From Dehalococcoidia bacterium (lineage in GTDB: Bacteria; Chloroflexota; Dehalococcoidia; UBA2979), in NCBI GenBank assembly GCA_964291495.2, contig OZ219871.1:1440001-1504000 (forward strand): a DNA stretch of 64,000 bases, in the 5' to 3' direction. The translations under genes and the position numbers were made by a program. The notes below the pieces were generated by a model. That model ran no database searches and was not told the origin of the DNA. It saw only the letters and a list, made by a program, of their open reading frames with translations. The first letter of the stretch is position 1, and the number at the start of each line of letters is the position of its first letter. This document shows, in pieces, positions 38,369 to 47,334 of this stretch.

Positions 38369-40819
38369 CTATTCGAGCACCCCCGCCTCCTCGAGCCGCC
38401 GCACCTCCGCCTCGGACATGCCGAGGTACTCGCCGAGCACCTCGACGTTGTGCGCGCCGAAGACGGGCGAGGGCAGGCGCAGGCTGGGCGGGGCCTCGGA
38501 GAGGCTCCAGGCGTTGCCGTTGAGCAGCTCACCGGCGGGGTAGTCCGCGTGGAGCACGAAGCGTTGGCGCCGCTCGGCGAGGTGGGGGTCCGTGATCGCC
38601 TCGGTGGCGTCGAGGACGGGGAACGCCGGCACGCCGTTTGCCTGCAGGGCTTCCGCCAGCTCGCGCTTGTCGTGCGAGGCCGTCCAGTCGTTGATCTCGC
38701 GGTCCAGCTCCGTGCGCGCCGCGATCCGCCCCTCTCGCGTCGCGAAGTCCTCACGCGCGAGCCAGCCCTCTCGGCGAGCGAAGCGGGCGAGTGCGCGCCA
38801 CTCGCCCTCCTCGCCGCAGGCGATGGCGATCCACTGGTCCTCGCCGGCGCAGCGGTAGATGCCGTGCGGCGCGTAGTAGCGGTGCGAGTTGCCGACGGGG
38901 CCGGTGTCGCGGCCGTTCCAGCTGTAGTCGATCACCGCCTCGGCAAGACCCGCGAAGCCCGCCTCGCCCTGCGCCAGCTCGATGAACTGGCCGCGCCCGG
39001 TGCGGGAGCGCGAGGCGAGCGCGGCGAGGATCGCGAGCGTCCCGTAGGCGGAGGCGATCGGGTCCAGCTCGGCCGCTTCTTCCATCACCTGCCCGTCCTC
39101 CGGGTAGCCGTTCAGGCTCTTCATCCCGAACAGCGCCGCCAGCGACGGCCCGTAGGTGATCAGGTCCGCCCATGGCCCGTCGAGGCCCGCCGAGGGCATC
39201 GCCAGCATGATCAGCCGCGGGTGCTCGGCCGTCAGGCGGGCGTAGTCGACGCCGAACGAGCGCATCACCCTCGGTGCGTAGTTGTCGACCACCACGTCGA
39301 CGACGCCGCAGAGCCGCTCGAACAGCTCGAGGCCGTCGGGCGTCGTGAGATCGAGGGCGATCGATCGGCGGTTGCGCAGGATCCACTCCCAGGCGAGCGG
39401 CTCTGCCGGATCGAAGCTGCCGGGCACGCCGGAGCCCCAGGGGCGCTTCGTCGTCTGCACCTTCACCACGTCCGCGCCGTAGTCGGCGAGGTAGCGGCTG
39501 ACGAGCGGCCCCGCCCAGACCTGGCCGAGGTCGAGCACGCGCAGCCCGGCGAGCGGGCCGTCGGCGGGATCGGCCGCGCCCGGGAAGTCCGAGGCGGCGG
39601 CCGGTCGCCAGGCATCTGCGCGCGCGGGTGGCCGAGGCGGCGCCGTCCAGCCCTCGGCGTTCGGCTCGTCGAGGCGTGGCGGCGAGCCGGGCGGGATCCA
39701 GGGCGTCCCGGCCATGCGGTAGGGCGCGCCGGGGACGCGCGGCGGCGGCTCGACTCCCGGCGCCTCGACGAGCAGGCCGCGCTCGGCGGCGTAGTCCGAC
39801 TCGCAGACCTCGGGGACGGTGAGCACGGGCTGGAAGGGGATGCGCTCGCGGCGGGTGATCTCCCACAGCTCGGTCTTCGTCAACCGCGCGAGGTGCGCGA
39901 CCATCTCGCCGCGCAGCACGCGCTGCACCCGTTCCGCCTGGTCCGGATCGAGGTTGCGGCGGACCTGCGCCTCGCCGAGGCCTCGGATCAGCTCGTCGCG
40001 CGCCCACTCCGGGTTGCCGAGGCCGTCGAGGAACGCGGTCCAGTGCCGCCCCATGTGCGTCATCGTCGAGAGGTGGCCGTCCTTGACGGGGTAGACGCCC
40101 CAGACGCCGCCGCTCAGGTTCTGCCCGTTGCGCTGCGGGATTGCCTGGCCGAGGTAGGCGACCTGCGGGATGCCGTGCCCCCAGACCGCAACGTTGACCG
40201 CCTCGAGCGCGCTGATGTCGACGAACTGCCCGCGCCCGATGCGGTCGCGGTGGTGCAGCGCGATCAGCGTCGCCAGCGCCGCCTGCACCCCGGCGTGCTG
40301 CACGTCGGCGGCGTCGAGCGGTGCGGTCAGCGGCTCGCGCTGCGGGTCGCCGAGGCGGTAGGCGACGCCCGCGCCGCAGTAGGCGAGCAGTGGCGCGCCC
40401 TTCCACCCGGCGTAGGGCCCGCTGTGCCCGAAGGTGGTGACGGCCGTCAGCACCAGACCCGGATGCGCCTCGCGCAGCCGCGCCTCGTCGAGGCCCAGCG
40501 CCCGCGCCTCCCGCGGGTGGAAGGAGTGCAGCAGCACGTCGGCGTCGGCGAGCAGCGCCTCGAGGGCGGCGCGGCCGTCCTCGCTCGCCAGGTCGAGGCG
40601 CGCGCCGGCCTTGCCGCCGTTGAGATAGACGAACTGGCCGCTGTGCTCGCGGTCGCGCTCAGCAGCGGGGAAGGGGCCGTGCTCGCGGATCGCGTCGCCC
40701 TCGGGCGGCTCGATCTTGATGACGGTGGCGCCGAGGTCGCGCAGCAGCTTGCCCGCGTAGGCGATGGCCTTGCCTCCGCCGGCCTCGACGATGCGCAGGC
40801 CGGCGGAGGCGCCTGTCAT
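38369..40819 (-). CDS. Double-domain CaiB/BaiF CoA-transferase
   Basis: LRDLGATVIKIEPP and LADYGADVVKV repeats; 816 aa. Confidence 0.92.
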   Translation of the reverse strand: MTGASAGLRIVEAGGGKAIAYAGKLLRDLGATVIKIEPPEGDAIREHGPFPAAERDREHSGQFVYLNGGKAGARLDLASEDGRAALEALLADADVLLHSFHPREARALGLDEARLREAHPGLVLTAVTTFGHSGPYAGWKGAPLLAYCGAGVAYRLGDPQREPLTAPLDAADVQHAGVQAALATLIALHHRDRIGRGQFVDISALEAVNVAVWGHGIPQVAYLGQAIPQRNGQNLSGGVWGVYPVKDGHLSTMTHMGRHWTAFLDGLGNPEWARDELIRGLGEAQVRRNLDPDQAERVQRVLRGEMVAHLARLTKTELWEITRRERIPFQPVLTVPEVCESDYAAERGLLVEAPGVEPPPRVPGAPYRMAGTPWIPPGSPPRLDEPNAEGWTAPPRPPARADAWRPAAASDFPGAADPADGPLAGLRVLDLGQVWAGPLVSRYLADYGADVVKVQTTKRPWGSGVPGSFDPAEPLAWEWILRNRRSIALDLTTPDGLELFERLCGVVDVVVDNYAPRVMRSFGVDYARLTAEHPRLIMLAMPSAGLDGPWADLITYGPSLAALFGMKSLNGYPEDGQVMEEAAELDPIASAYGTLAILAALASRSRTGRGQFIELAQGEAGFAGLAEAVIDYSWNGRDTGPVGNSHRYYAPHGIYRCAGEDQWIAIACGEEGEWRALARFARREGWLAREDFATREGRIAARTELDREINDWTASHDKRELAEALQANGVPAFPVLDATEAITDPHLAERRQRFVLHADYPAGELLNGNAWSLSEAPPSLRLPSPVFGAHNVEVLGEYLGMSEAEVRRLEEAGVLE

Positions 40820-40880
40820 TGCGGCCGTACCCGGTCCCGCCTGGCCGTCCGAATCGGCCCCGGCTGTGCGCGCGTCGCCC

Positions 40881-42209
40881 TCAGTTCATATCCGCGAACA
40901 TCGGGTCGTCGTCGACCGAGTACTCGTAGGGCTTGAGCTCCTCGGGCGGGGTCGTGGCGAGGCTGATCGGCACGTCGACCTCGAAGGGGCCCTTGAGGTC
41001 GAGCTCCTCGGCCATCTCGCGCATGGCGGGGATGACGTGCTTCCCGATCAGCTCGATGTTGCGCATGTTGTCGCGGTGGCTGATGTGGCCGTCGGTGGCG
41101 TAGAAGCTGACGATGCCGGGCCGCGTCTGCTCGAGGACCTTGCGCAGCTGCGCGATCGCGTGGTCCGGGTCGCCCATGATCCAGGTCAGGTCGTCGAGGT
41201 GCTTCTGCAGCGTGGCCCCGGTGTCGGCGCCGCCGCCGGCGGAGCGCAGCCCCTTGGCGCCGGCGCGCTGGTTGTTGCGGGCCACGGCGCCGCGCCGCCT
41301 GGCGAGCGCGGCCGGCGAGTCCGGCGCGCCCCAGAGGTAGCCCGAGGGCGAGCTCCAGACCGGGTGGCCGAGGCCGGTGAACTCGCCCGCCATCCACATG
41401 AACTCGCGCGCGTTGCGCATCGCGTGCTCCATCGTGTCCTGCACGTGGAAGTGGATGGTCTGGCCGAAGTTCCAGGTGCCGACCTCGTAGCCCTTCTCGG
41501 CGGCGACCTCCTTGTAGGTGCCCATGATCCGCTTCTGCGCGCGCTCGTCCGTGCCGAGACCGATGTAGGGGTAGCGGTGCGCCGCCGCCCACTGCACGGT
41601 CTCGAGGCTCGACGTGCCGGGCACCCAGATGCGCGGGTGCGGCTTCTGCATCGGCAGCGCCCATGGGTTGACGACGCGGAAGTGGTACTGGTCGCCTTCC
41701 CAGCGGAACGGTCCGGGCGTGGTCCAGGTCTTGATGATCAGGTCGTGCGCCTCCTCGAGGCGGTCACGGTTGTAGGCGGGGTTGGCGTTCATCGCGAACT
41801 GCTCGGTGCCGCCGCCACGGATCAGGCCGGGCACGAGGCGACCCTGCGAGATCATGTCGATCATGCCGAGCTCCTCGGCGGTGGCGACGGGGTTGTCGCG
41901 CAGCGGCAGCGGCACGCCGAGCAGCACGATCTTCACGTTGTTGGTGACGGCCGCGAGGATCGAGGCCCAGATCTGGATTTGCGGCTGCATGCAGAACGGC
42001 GCGTTGTGGTGCTCGTTGAGCATGATGCCGTCGAAGCCGACCTCGTCGACGAGCTGGTACTCGGCGAGGCGGTCCTGGTAGATCTGGCTGCCCGCATCGG
42101 AGTCGTAGAACTCGTTGGAAAAGCGCAGCACGGTCAGGCCGTCGCGCTTGCGGGCCTCCTCCTCCGGATAGGCGGACATCGGCTGCTCGGTGAAGTACAT
42201 GATGAACAT
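40881..42209 (-). CDS. LLM-class flavin-dependent oxidoreductase
   Basis: GFDGIMLNEHH, AEELGMIDMISQGR and PMQKPHPRIW. Confidence 0.92.
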   Translation of the reverse strand: MFIMYFTEQPMSAYPEEEARKRDGLTVLRFSNEFYDSDAGSQIYQDRLAEYQLVDEVGFDGIMLNEHHNAPFCMQPQIQIWASILAAVTNNVKIVLLGVPLPLRDNPVATAEELGMIDMISQGRLVPGLIRGGGTEQFAMNANPAYNRDRLEEAHDLIIKTWTTPGPFRWEGDQYHFRVVNPWALPMQKPHPRIWVPGTSSLETVQWAAAHRYPYIGLGTDERAQKRIMGTYKEVAAEKGYEVGTWNFGQTIHFHVQDTMEHAMRNAREFMWMAGEFTGLGHPVWSSPSGYLWGAPDSPAALARRRGAVARNNQRAGAKGLRSAGGGADTGATLQKHLDDLTWIMGDPDHAIAQLRKVLEQTRPGIVSFYATDGHISHRDNMRNIELIGKHVIPAMREMAEELDLKGPFEVDVPISLATTPPEELKPYEYSVDDDPMFADMN

Positions 42210-42365
42210 CGGCGGTTCCCCGTTCGGTGCTCGCAGCGCGCCGCTCCGGCGCATCCGGGGGAGCATACCAGCACAACGCCTTTCGATCGGCGATGCCGGA
42301 GCGGCCGAGGTGGTGAAGCGTCCCTCGCGCGGTACCCTTCCTACGGACGCGATTCGGGGTGCGGT

Positions 42366-42632
42366 GTGTCGAAGGTCTGGCAGGGGGTGCGCCGAGCCGT
42401 CGTCGACCTACTCGTGGGCTTTCGCACCACCTACCTCAACTTCCGCAACTACGATGCGCCGCTGTCGGTGAAGTGGCGGCTCGTCTGGCGTAACAACTGG
42501 ATCAAGGCGCGCACCTTCTCCCTGTGCTGCGGCAACCTCGGCGAGCCCGGCTGCTGACGGGACGTCGAGGAGCCCCGTGAGGGCTCGGAAGACCACCACC
42601 ACGATCATCCGGACCACCCGCACCACCACTAG
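42366..42632 (+). CDS. Putative small selenoprotein copy 1 (CCGNLGEPGC-U plus His-rich tail; in-frame TGA at 42555-42557)
   Basis: 63 codons to the TGA, then RDVEEPREGSEDHHHDHPDHPHHH-TAG; paralogous to the next gene. Confidence 0.75.
42570..42586 (+). promoter_or_regulatory. Candidate bacterial SECIS hairpin
   Basis: GAGCCC-CGTGA-GGGCTC starts 12 nt after the TGA; loop follows 18 nt after it with G at loop position 2. Confidence 0.7.
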
Positions 42633-42695
42633 CGACGCCGAATCCGGGGGTCGAGGCGCTACCCTGTAGGGGCGAGGGCCGACCGGAGGTACCGC

Positions 42696-42953
42696 GTGCT
42701 GAACCCCTGGCGTTGGCTACGCCGCCTCGTCGCCGGCACCGTGAGGAGTTGGCGCACGACGTACGTCAACTTCCGCGACTACGACGCGCCGTTCCTCGTG
42801 AAGGTCGGCCTCTTCGCCCGCAACAAGTGGACGATGGCGCGCACGCTCTCGATGTGCTGCGGCAACCTCGGCGAGCCCGGCTGCTGAAGCGACTCCGGCG
42901 AGCCCCGTGAGGGCTCGGAGCACCACCACCACGACCATTCGCACCCGCACTAG
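42696..42953 (+). CDS. Putative small selenoprotein copy 2 (in-frame TGA at 42885-42887)
   Basis: GGAGG RBS; 63 codons ending CCGNLGEPGC, TGA, then SDSGEPREGSEHHHHDHSHPH-TAG. Confidence 0.78.
42900..42916 (+). promoter_or_regulatory. Candidate bacterial SECIS hairpin
   Basis: Identical GAGCCC-CGTGA-GGGCTC, again 12 nt after the TGA; extendable by CTCC/GGAG pairing. Confidence 0.7.
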
Positions 42954-42972
42954 CCCGCGCTGGCGCGCGGCG

Positions 42973-43158
42973 CCCCGCACCCCCACCCTCTCCCGCGAGG
43001 GGAGAGGGGGCCGGATCCCCTCCCCGTCATTCCGGCAAAGAGCCGGAATCCAGTTGGCCCGCCGGCCTGGCTGCCGCCTCGCTGGGTCGGCGCCCTCGGA
43101 AGCTCCGGCGTGCGCCTCCCTCACCCCCACCCTCTCCCTCGGGGGGAGAGGGGGCCGG
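42973..43158. repeat. REP cluster (two CCCTCTCCC..GGGAGAGGG units and one CGTCATTCCGGC unit)
   Basis: Units at about 42973-43017, 43025-43053 and 43118-43158, in the same order as the 36315-36525 cluster. Confidence 0.88.
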
Positions 43159-43251
43159 AGGGTGCCTCGCGCCGGCACGCCGTGTGGCAGCGGCGGCTGG
43201 GGTCGTGTAGCGTCCGCTCGCGCCCGATCGCGCGCATCGAGGGGGTACGAG

Positions 43252-44337
43252 ATGAAAGCAGCAGTCTTCCACGGCGTGCACCAGCCGCTCACCATCGAGA
43301 ACATCGACGTCGACGAGCCGCGTGACTACGAGGTGCTGGTGCGCACCACCGCGGCGGGCGTCTGCCACTCCGAGCTGCACATGGTCGAGGGCCACTCGCC
43401 CGTCCCGCCGCCCGCCGTGCTCGGCCACGAGTCCGCGGGCGTCGTCGAGCGCGTCGGCAGCCGCGTGAGCTACGTCCAGCCGGGCGATCACGTGATCGCC
43501 CGCGGCACGTTCTGCGGCCACTGCGAGATGTGCCTGACCGGCCACCTCAACGTCTGCACGAACCGACCCGGCCGCGCCAGTGACGACGATCCGGTGATGT
43601 CCTGGAACGGCCAGCGCCTCAACCAGTGGGGCTCCAACATCTTCGGCTGGTCGGAGCAGATGCTGCTGCACGAGAACGGCGTGGTGAAGATCGCCCCGGA
43701 GATGCCGCTCGACGCCGCCGCGCTGCTCGGCTGCGCCGTGATCACCGGCTTCGGCGCCGTCATGCGCACCGCGCAGGTCGAGGCGGGAACCTCGATCGCC
43801 GTCTTCGGCTGCGGCGGCATCGGCCTGTCCGCCATCCAGGGCGGCCTCGTCTCCGGCTGCCAGCGCGTGATCGCCGTCGACCTGCTCGACTCCAAGCTCG
43901 AGGTCGCCCGTGAGTTCGGCGCGACCCACACCGTGAACGCCTCGAACGAGGATCCCGTCGCCGCGATCCGCGCGATCGCGGACGGCGAGGGTGTGCACTA
44001 CTCGTTCGACGCGATCGGGCTGGCGACGGTGGCGATGCAGGCCCTCGACTGCCTGCGCCCGCAGGGGACCGCGACGCTGATCGGCGTGATCCCGGAGGAG
44101 ACGCCGCTTACCTTCGGCTGGCGGCGGCTTGGCGGCGAGAAGCGCATCCAGGGCTGCATGATGGGCTCGAACCGCTTCCGCATGGACCTGCCAATGCTCG
44201 TCGACCTCTACATGCAGGGCCGGCTCAAGCTCGACGAGATGATCACCACGCGCGGCTCGCTCGAGGACGTCAACGACTTCCTGGAGATCATGAAGGGCGG
44301 CGCCGTCACCCGGCAGGTGATGATGATGGACTCGTAG
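43252..44337 (+). CDS. Zn-dependent alcohol dehydrogenase
   Basis: GVCHS, LGHE, CxxCxxC, LLGCAVITG and GCGGIG. Confidence 0.95.
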   Translation: MKAAVFHGVHQPLTIENIDVDEPRDYEVLVRTTAAGVCHSELHMVEGHSPVPPPAVLGHESAGVVERVGSRVSYVQPGDHVIARGTFCGHCEMCLTGHLNVCTNRPGRASDDDPVMSWNGQRLNQWGSNIFGWSEQMLLHENGVVKIAPEMPLDAAALLGCAVITGFGAVMRTAQVEAGTSIAVFGCGGIGLSAIQGGLVSGCQRVIAVDLLDSKLEVAREFGATHTVNASNEDPVAAIRAIADGEGVHYSFDAIGLATVAMQALDCLRPQGTATLIGVIPEETPLTFGWRRLGGEKRIQGCMMGSNRFRMDLPMLVDLYMQGRLKLDEMITTRGSLEDVNDFLEIMKGGAVTRQVMMMDS

Positions 44338-44343
44338 CGCCCG

Positions 44344-44384
44344 TCCGGTCCCCTCTCCCCGAGGGAGAGGGCGGAGGGTGAGGG
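44344..44384 (-). repeat. Single REP copy between convergent genes
   Basis: Reverse complement of the 36741-36781 unit. Confidence 0.85.
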
Positions 44385-44442
44385 CCAGTCCCGTCCCCGA
44401 CGAGGAGGCTGGCGGCGGACCAGAATCGGGCGGCCCCGTGAC

Positions 44443-45732
44443 CTACCGTTCCGCCGCCCGCTCACAGGCGCGCGCGATCCGCGCCGCGGCTTCCTCGAGG
44501 TCCTCGACGCTCGCCGTCGACCAGGCGAGGCGGATGCAGTCGCCGCCGGGGTCGTCGCCGCGCTCCGCGTGGTCGGGGAAGAAGGCGCGGCCGACCGGGA
44601 ACACGACGCCCTCGGCGAGCGCCTCGCGCTGCACGGCGTCCGCGCTCAGGCCGTCGCGCAGCCGCACCCAGAGGAAGAACCCGCCTCGAGGGCTGCGGAA
44701 CTCGGCATACGGCTCGGCGAACTCACGGAACCCGCGCTGCAGCGCCTCGGCCTTGCGCGCGTAGAGCGGGCGCATGCGGGCGACATGGTCCGCGTAGCCG
44801 CCGTCCTCGATGAACGCGGCGATCATGCGATGCAGCAGCGGGCTGCCGCCCATATCGAAGCGCATGCGCGTGAAGCGCTCGATCAGCTCCGGCTCCGCCT
44901 GTACCCAGCCGACGCGCAGCCCTGTCGCGATCGTCTTGGAGAACGTGCCGACGGTGATCACGCCGCGCCCGCCGGCCAGCGCAGCCAGCGAGGGCAGTCG
45001 TGCCTCGTCGAAGTGGATCTCGCCGTAGGGGTCGTCGTCGAGCAGCAACGCACCGTGCTCCGCGGCGAGCCGCACCAGCTCGCGTCGCCGATCGAGCGCG
45101 AGCGAGGCGCCGGTCGGGTTGTGGAAGTTGGAAATGGTGTACACCAGCTTGGCGCGCTGGCCCTCCGCCTCGATCCTCGCCAGCGTCGCGGCGAGGGCGT
45201 CCGTACGCCAGCCGTCCTCGTCCACCGGCACGGTCACGATCGAGGCTCCGTGGCCGCGGAAGGTGCGCATCGTGCCGGAGAAGGTCGGCGACTCGCTGAC
45301 GACGATGTCGCCGCGGTCGAGCAGCGCGGCGCAGACGAGCGCGATGCCACCCGCCGAGCCGTTGGTGAGCATGAAGTGGTCGGCAGTAGCAAGCAGGCCC
45401 GGCTCGCTCGCCGAGCGCTCCGCGAGCTGCTCGCGCAGTCCTTCGAAGCCGAGCCCGCCGCCGTAGGTGAGCGCGCCGTCGTCGTCGCTCGTGAGCGCCC
45501 GGCCGAGCGCTTCGCGCAGCGCCGCCTTCGGGAGCGTCACGGGGTCCGGGATGCCGCCGGCGAGGCTGATCGCCTCGCCGCGGCTGGCGAGTTCCCAGGC
45601 GCTGGCCGGGAGGCCCCAGTCGGTCGCCGTGCCGGGGCTGAGTTCGCGCGCGCCGCTGCTGAGCAGCGCCTCGGGGTCGCGTCCGGCCCAGAGGCGCGCC
45701 GCCGCCGCGGCGACGTCGCCCTCGCGGCTCAC
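44443..45732 (-). CDS. PLP-dependent aminotransferase (LysN/MocR-type, no HTH)
   Basis: ISLAGGIPD, NFHNPTG, DDPY and TFSKTIATGLRVGW. Confidence 0.9.
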   Translation of the reverse strand: MSREGDVAAAAARLWAGRDPEALLSSGARELSPGTATDWGLPASAWELASRGEAISLAGGIPDPVTLPKAALREALGRALTSDDDGALTYGGGLGFEGLREQLAERSASEPGLLATADHFMLTNGSAGGIALVCAALLDRGDIVVSESPTFSGTMRTFRGHGASIVTVPVDEDGWRTDALAATLARIEAEGQRAKLVYTISNFHNPTGASLALDRRRELVRLAAEHGALLLDDDPYGEIHFDEARLPSLAALAGGRGVITVGTFSKTIATGLRVGWVQAEPELIERFTRMRFDMGGSPLLHRMIAAFIEDGGYADHVARMRPLYARKAEALQRGFREFAEPYAEFRSPRGGFFLWVRLRDGLSADAVQREALAEGVVFPVGRAFFPDHAERGDDPGGDCIRLAWSTASVEDLEEAAARIARACERAAER

Positions 45733-46265
45733 GAGGCCGCGTCCTCCTCGTCGTCGAAGACGAGCGAAGGCTCGTGCACGCCGAGCACGACGATCTCGTC
45801 GCCGGCGGAGATGCGCCCGCCCTCGAGCACGCGCGCGCGGATCCCGCCGCGCCCGACGAGCGCGCGCAGCAGCCCCGGCCGCTCGAGCAGATCCTGCAGG
45901 TAGTTGCAGGGGTCGCAGGGCAGCATCCCCGCCAGCCGCGCCTCGCCGATGCGGAACTCGAGGCCGAGCAGGCCCTGCAGTTGCACGCCGCGCGTCACCA
46001 GGTTGCGGCGCAGCAGGTGCGGCTCCAGGCCGAGGTCGTCGGCCGTCTCCGCCTCGATGATCGTCAGCTGCTGCTCGCGCCAGCGCGGGTCGCTCCAGTG
46101 ACCGCGGCGGGTCGCGTAGCGGTCGCCGAGGATGCCGACGCCGGGAATGACCTCGACCCGGTCGCGCCGTTGCATCGGCGCGCCGGCCTCGGTCGCCACG
46201 AAGATGCCGATGATGCCCGGCTGGTCGCTGTCGCTGCTCGCGGGGCCGCGTTCGGCGGTGGTCAT
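45729..46265 (-). CDS. MOSC domain protein
   Basis: G..GDRY, RRNLVTRG, CDPC and RGGIRARVL.GG.I..GD. Confidence 0.9.
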   Translation of the reverse strand: MTTAERGPASSDSDQPGIIGIFVATEAGAPMQRRDRVEVIPGVGILGDRYATRRGHWSDPRWREQQLTIIEAETADDLGLEPHLLRRNLVTRGVQLQGLLGLEFRIGEARLAGMLPCDPCNYLQDLLERPGLLRALVGRGGIRARVLEGGRISAGDEIVVLGVHEPSLVFDDEEDAAS

Positions 46266-46331
46266 CGCCGCTCCTTCGCGCCTGCGAATGCTACACCCGC
46301 GGCGCGCTGTGGAAGACGCGGCGACGCGGCC

Positions 46332-47282
46332 CTACGGCGAGCCGGAGGCCGCCTCGCTCGGCGGGTGTTCGCTGTCCTCGGAGCCGCGCAACTGGCGCAG
46401 GAACGACTCGACGTCCTCGACCAGCTCCGGCGCGGCGGGCGCCTCGCTCGTGTCGATCGAGTCGAGCGGCGGGTGCATGTCGTCGTAGTTCTGCTCGAGC
46501 GTGTCGATGAAGCGGCCGAACTGGTCCGAGCGGACCCGCGCATCCTCGGCCTCGTCGTAGAGTTCGGCGATCTGCTCGTCGTAGACCGCGCTGTCGACCT
46601 CGGCGCCGAGGCCTTCGCCGATCGCCTTGATCAGCGCGCGTGAGGCGAAGGGGTGCGGCTCGACGGCGACGTAGAAGGGGGCGGCGGCAAGCAGGCTGGA
46701 GCTGCGCCAGCCGCGCTCCTCGCAGGCCACGGCGAGCGGCGTCGTGATCCCGGCCGGGCCCTCGTAGCTCCACGGCAGCGGCACGAGCCCGAACTGCGTC
46801 GCCAGCGCCGAGTCGCGCGAGTAGAGCTGCACGGGCAGCGGGCGCGAGTGTGGCGTCGCCGCGCGGTAGGCGCCGAGCATCAGCGACTCGCTGAGACCGA
46901 ATCGCTCCATCGCTGCGATGACCGCCTCGATGAACTCGCGCCAGCGCAGCTGCGGCTCCGAGCCCACGAGCAGCACGAGGTCGCGCTTCGCGCCCTCGGG
47001 ACGCGCGAGGTAGAACTCGTTGGCCGGCCAGTCGATGGCGCGCGTGCCCGGTGCGGCGTCCTCGTCCTCGAGGACGCGCACGCGCGGGCGGCGCACGGTG
47101 AAGTCGAAGAACGGCTGCGGGTCGACTACCGCGAGGGGCTCCGCCTCCCAGTGCTCCACGAGCTCGCGCAGCGCCTCGGCGGCGCTCGTGCCCCACGAGC
47201 CGCCAAAGCCGGCAATCAGCAGCGGATCGCGCAGCCCGGCCAGGTCCGGCAGTTGCTCTTCATAGCGGATGAGGTCGCTCAT
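46332..47282 (-). CDS. PAC2 family (proteasome assembly chaperone-like) protein
   Basis: FFDFTVRRP, WP.NEFY, GSEPQLRW, PHSRP, YEGPAGI and VESFLR. Confidence 0.88.
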   Translation of the reverse strand: MSDLIRYEEQLPDLAGLRDPLLIAGFGGSWGTSAAEALRELVEHWEAEPLAVVDPQPFFDFTVRRPRVRVLEDEDAAPGTRAIDWPANEFYLARPEGAKRDLVLLVGSEPQLRWREFIEAVIAAMERFGLSESLMLGAYRAATPHSRPLPVQLYSRDSALATQFGLVPLPWSYEGPAGITTPLAVACEERGWRSSSLLAAAPFYVAVEPHPFASRALIKAIGEGLGAEVDSAVYDEQIAELYDEAEDARVRSDQFGRFIDTLEQNYDDMHPPLDSIDTSEAPAAPELVEDVESFLRQLRGSEDSEHPPSEAASGSP

Positions 47283-47291
47283 GCATCGAGT

Positions 47292-47318
47292 TTAGCACTC
47301 TCACCGCGAGAGTGCTAA
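47292..47318. promoter_or_regulatory. CIRCE element (HrcA operator)
   Basis: Perfect TTAGCACTC-N9-GAGTGCTAA, 9 nt upstream of the PAC2 start codon. Confidence 0.95.
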
Positions 47319-47334
47319 ACAGCGCGTGGCGCGG

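Noticed and set aside
33256-38754. 1832-aa ORF and many other long overlapping ORFs in the track
   Set aside because: Shadow frames of high-GC DNA; Arg/Ala/Pro-rich, motif-free and overlapping well-supported genes
42570-42586. The post-TGA hairpins read as intrinsic terminators
   Set aside because: No U-tract; each is followed by in-frame His codons and sits at a fixed 12-nt distance in both copies, which fits a SECIS better
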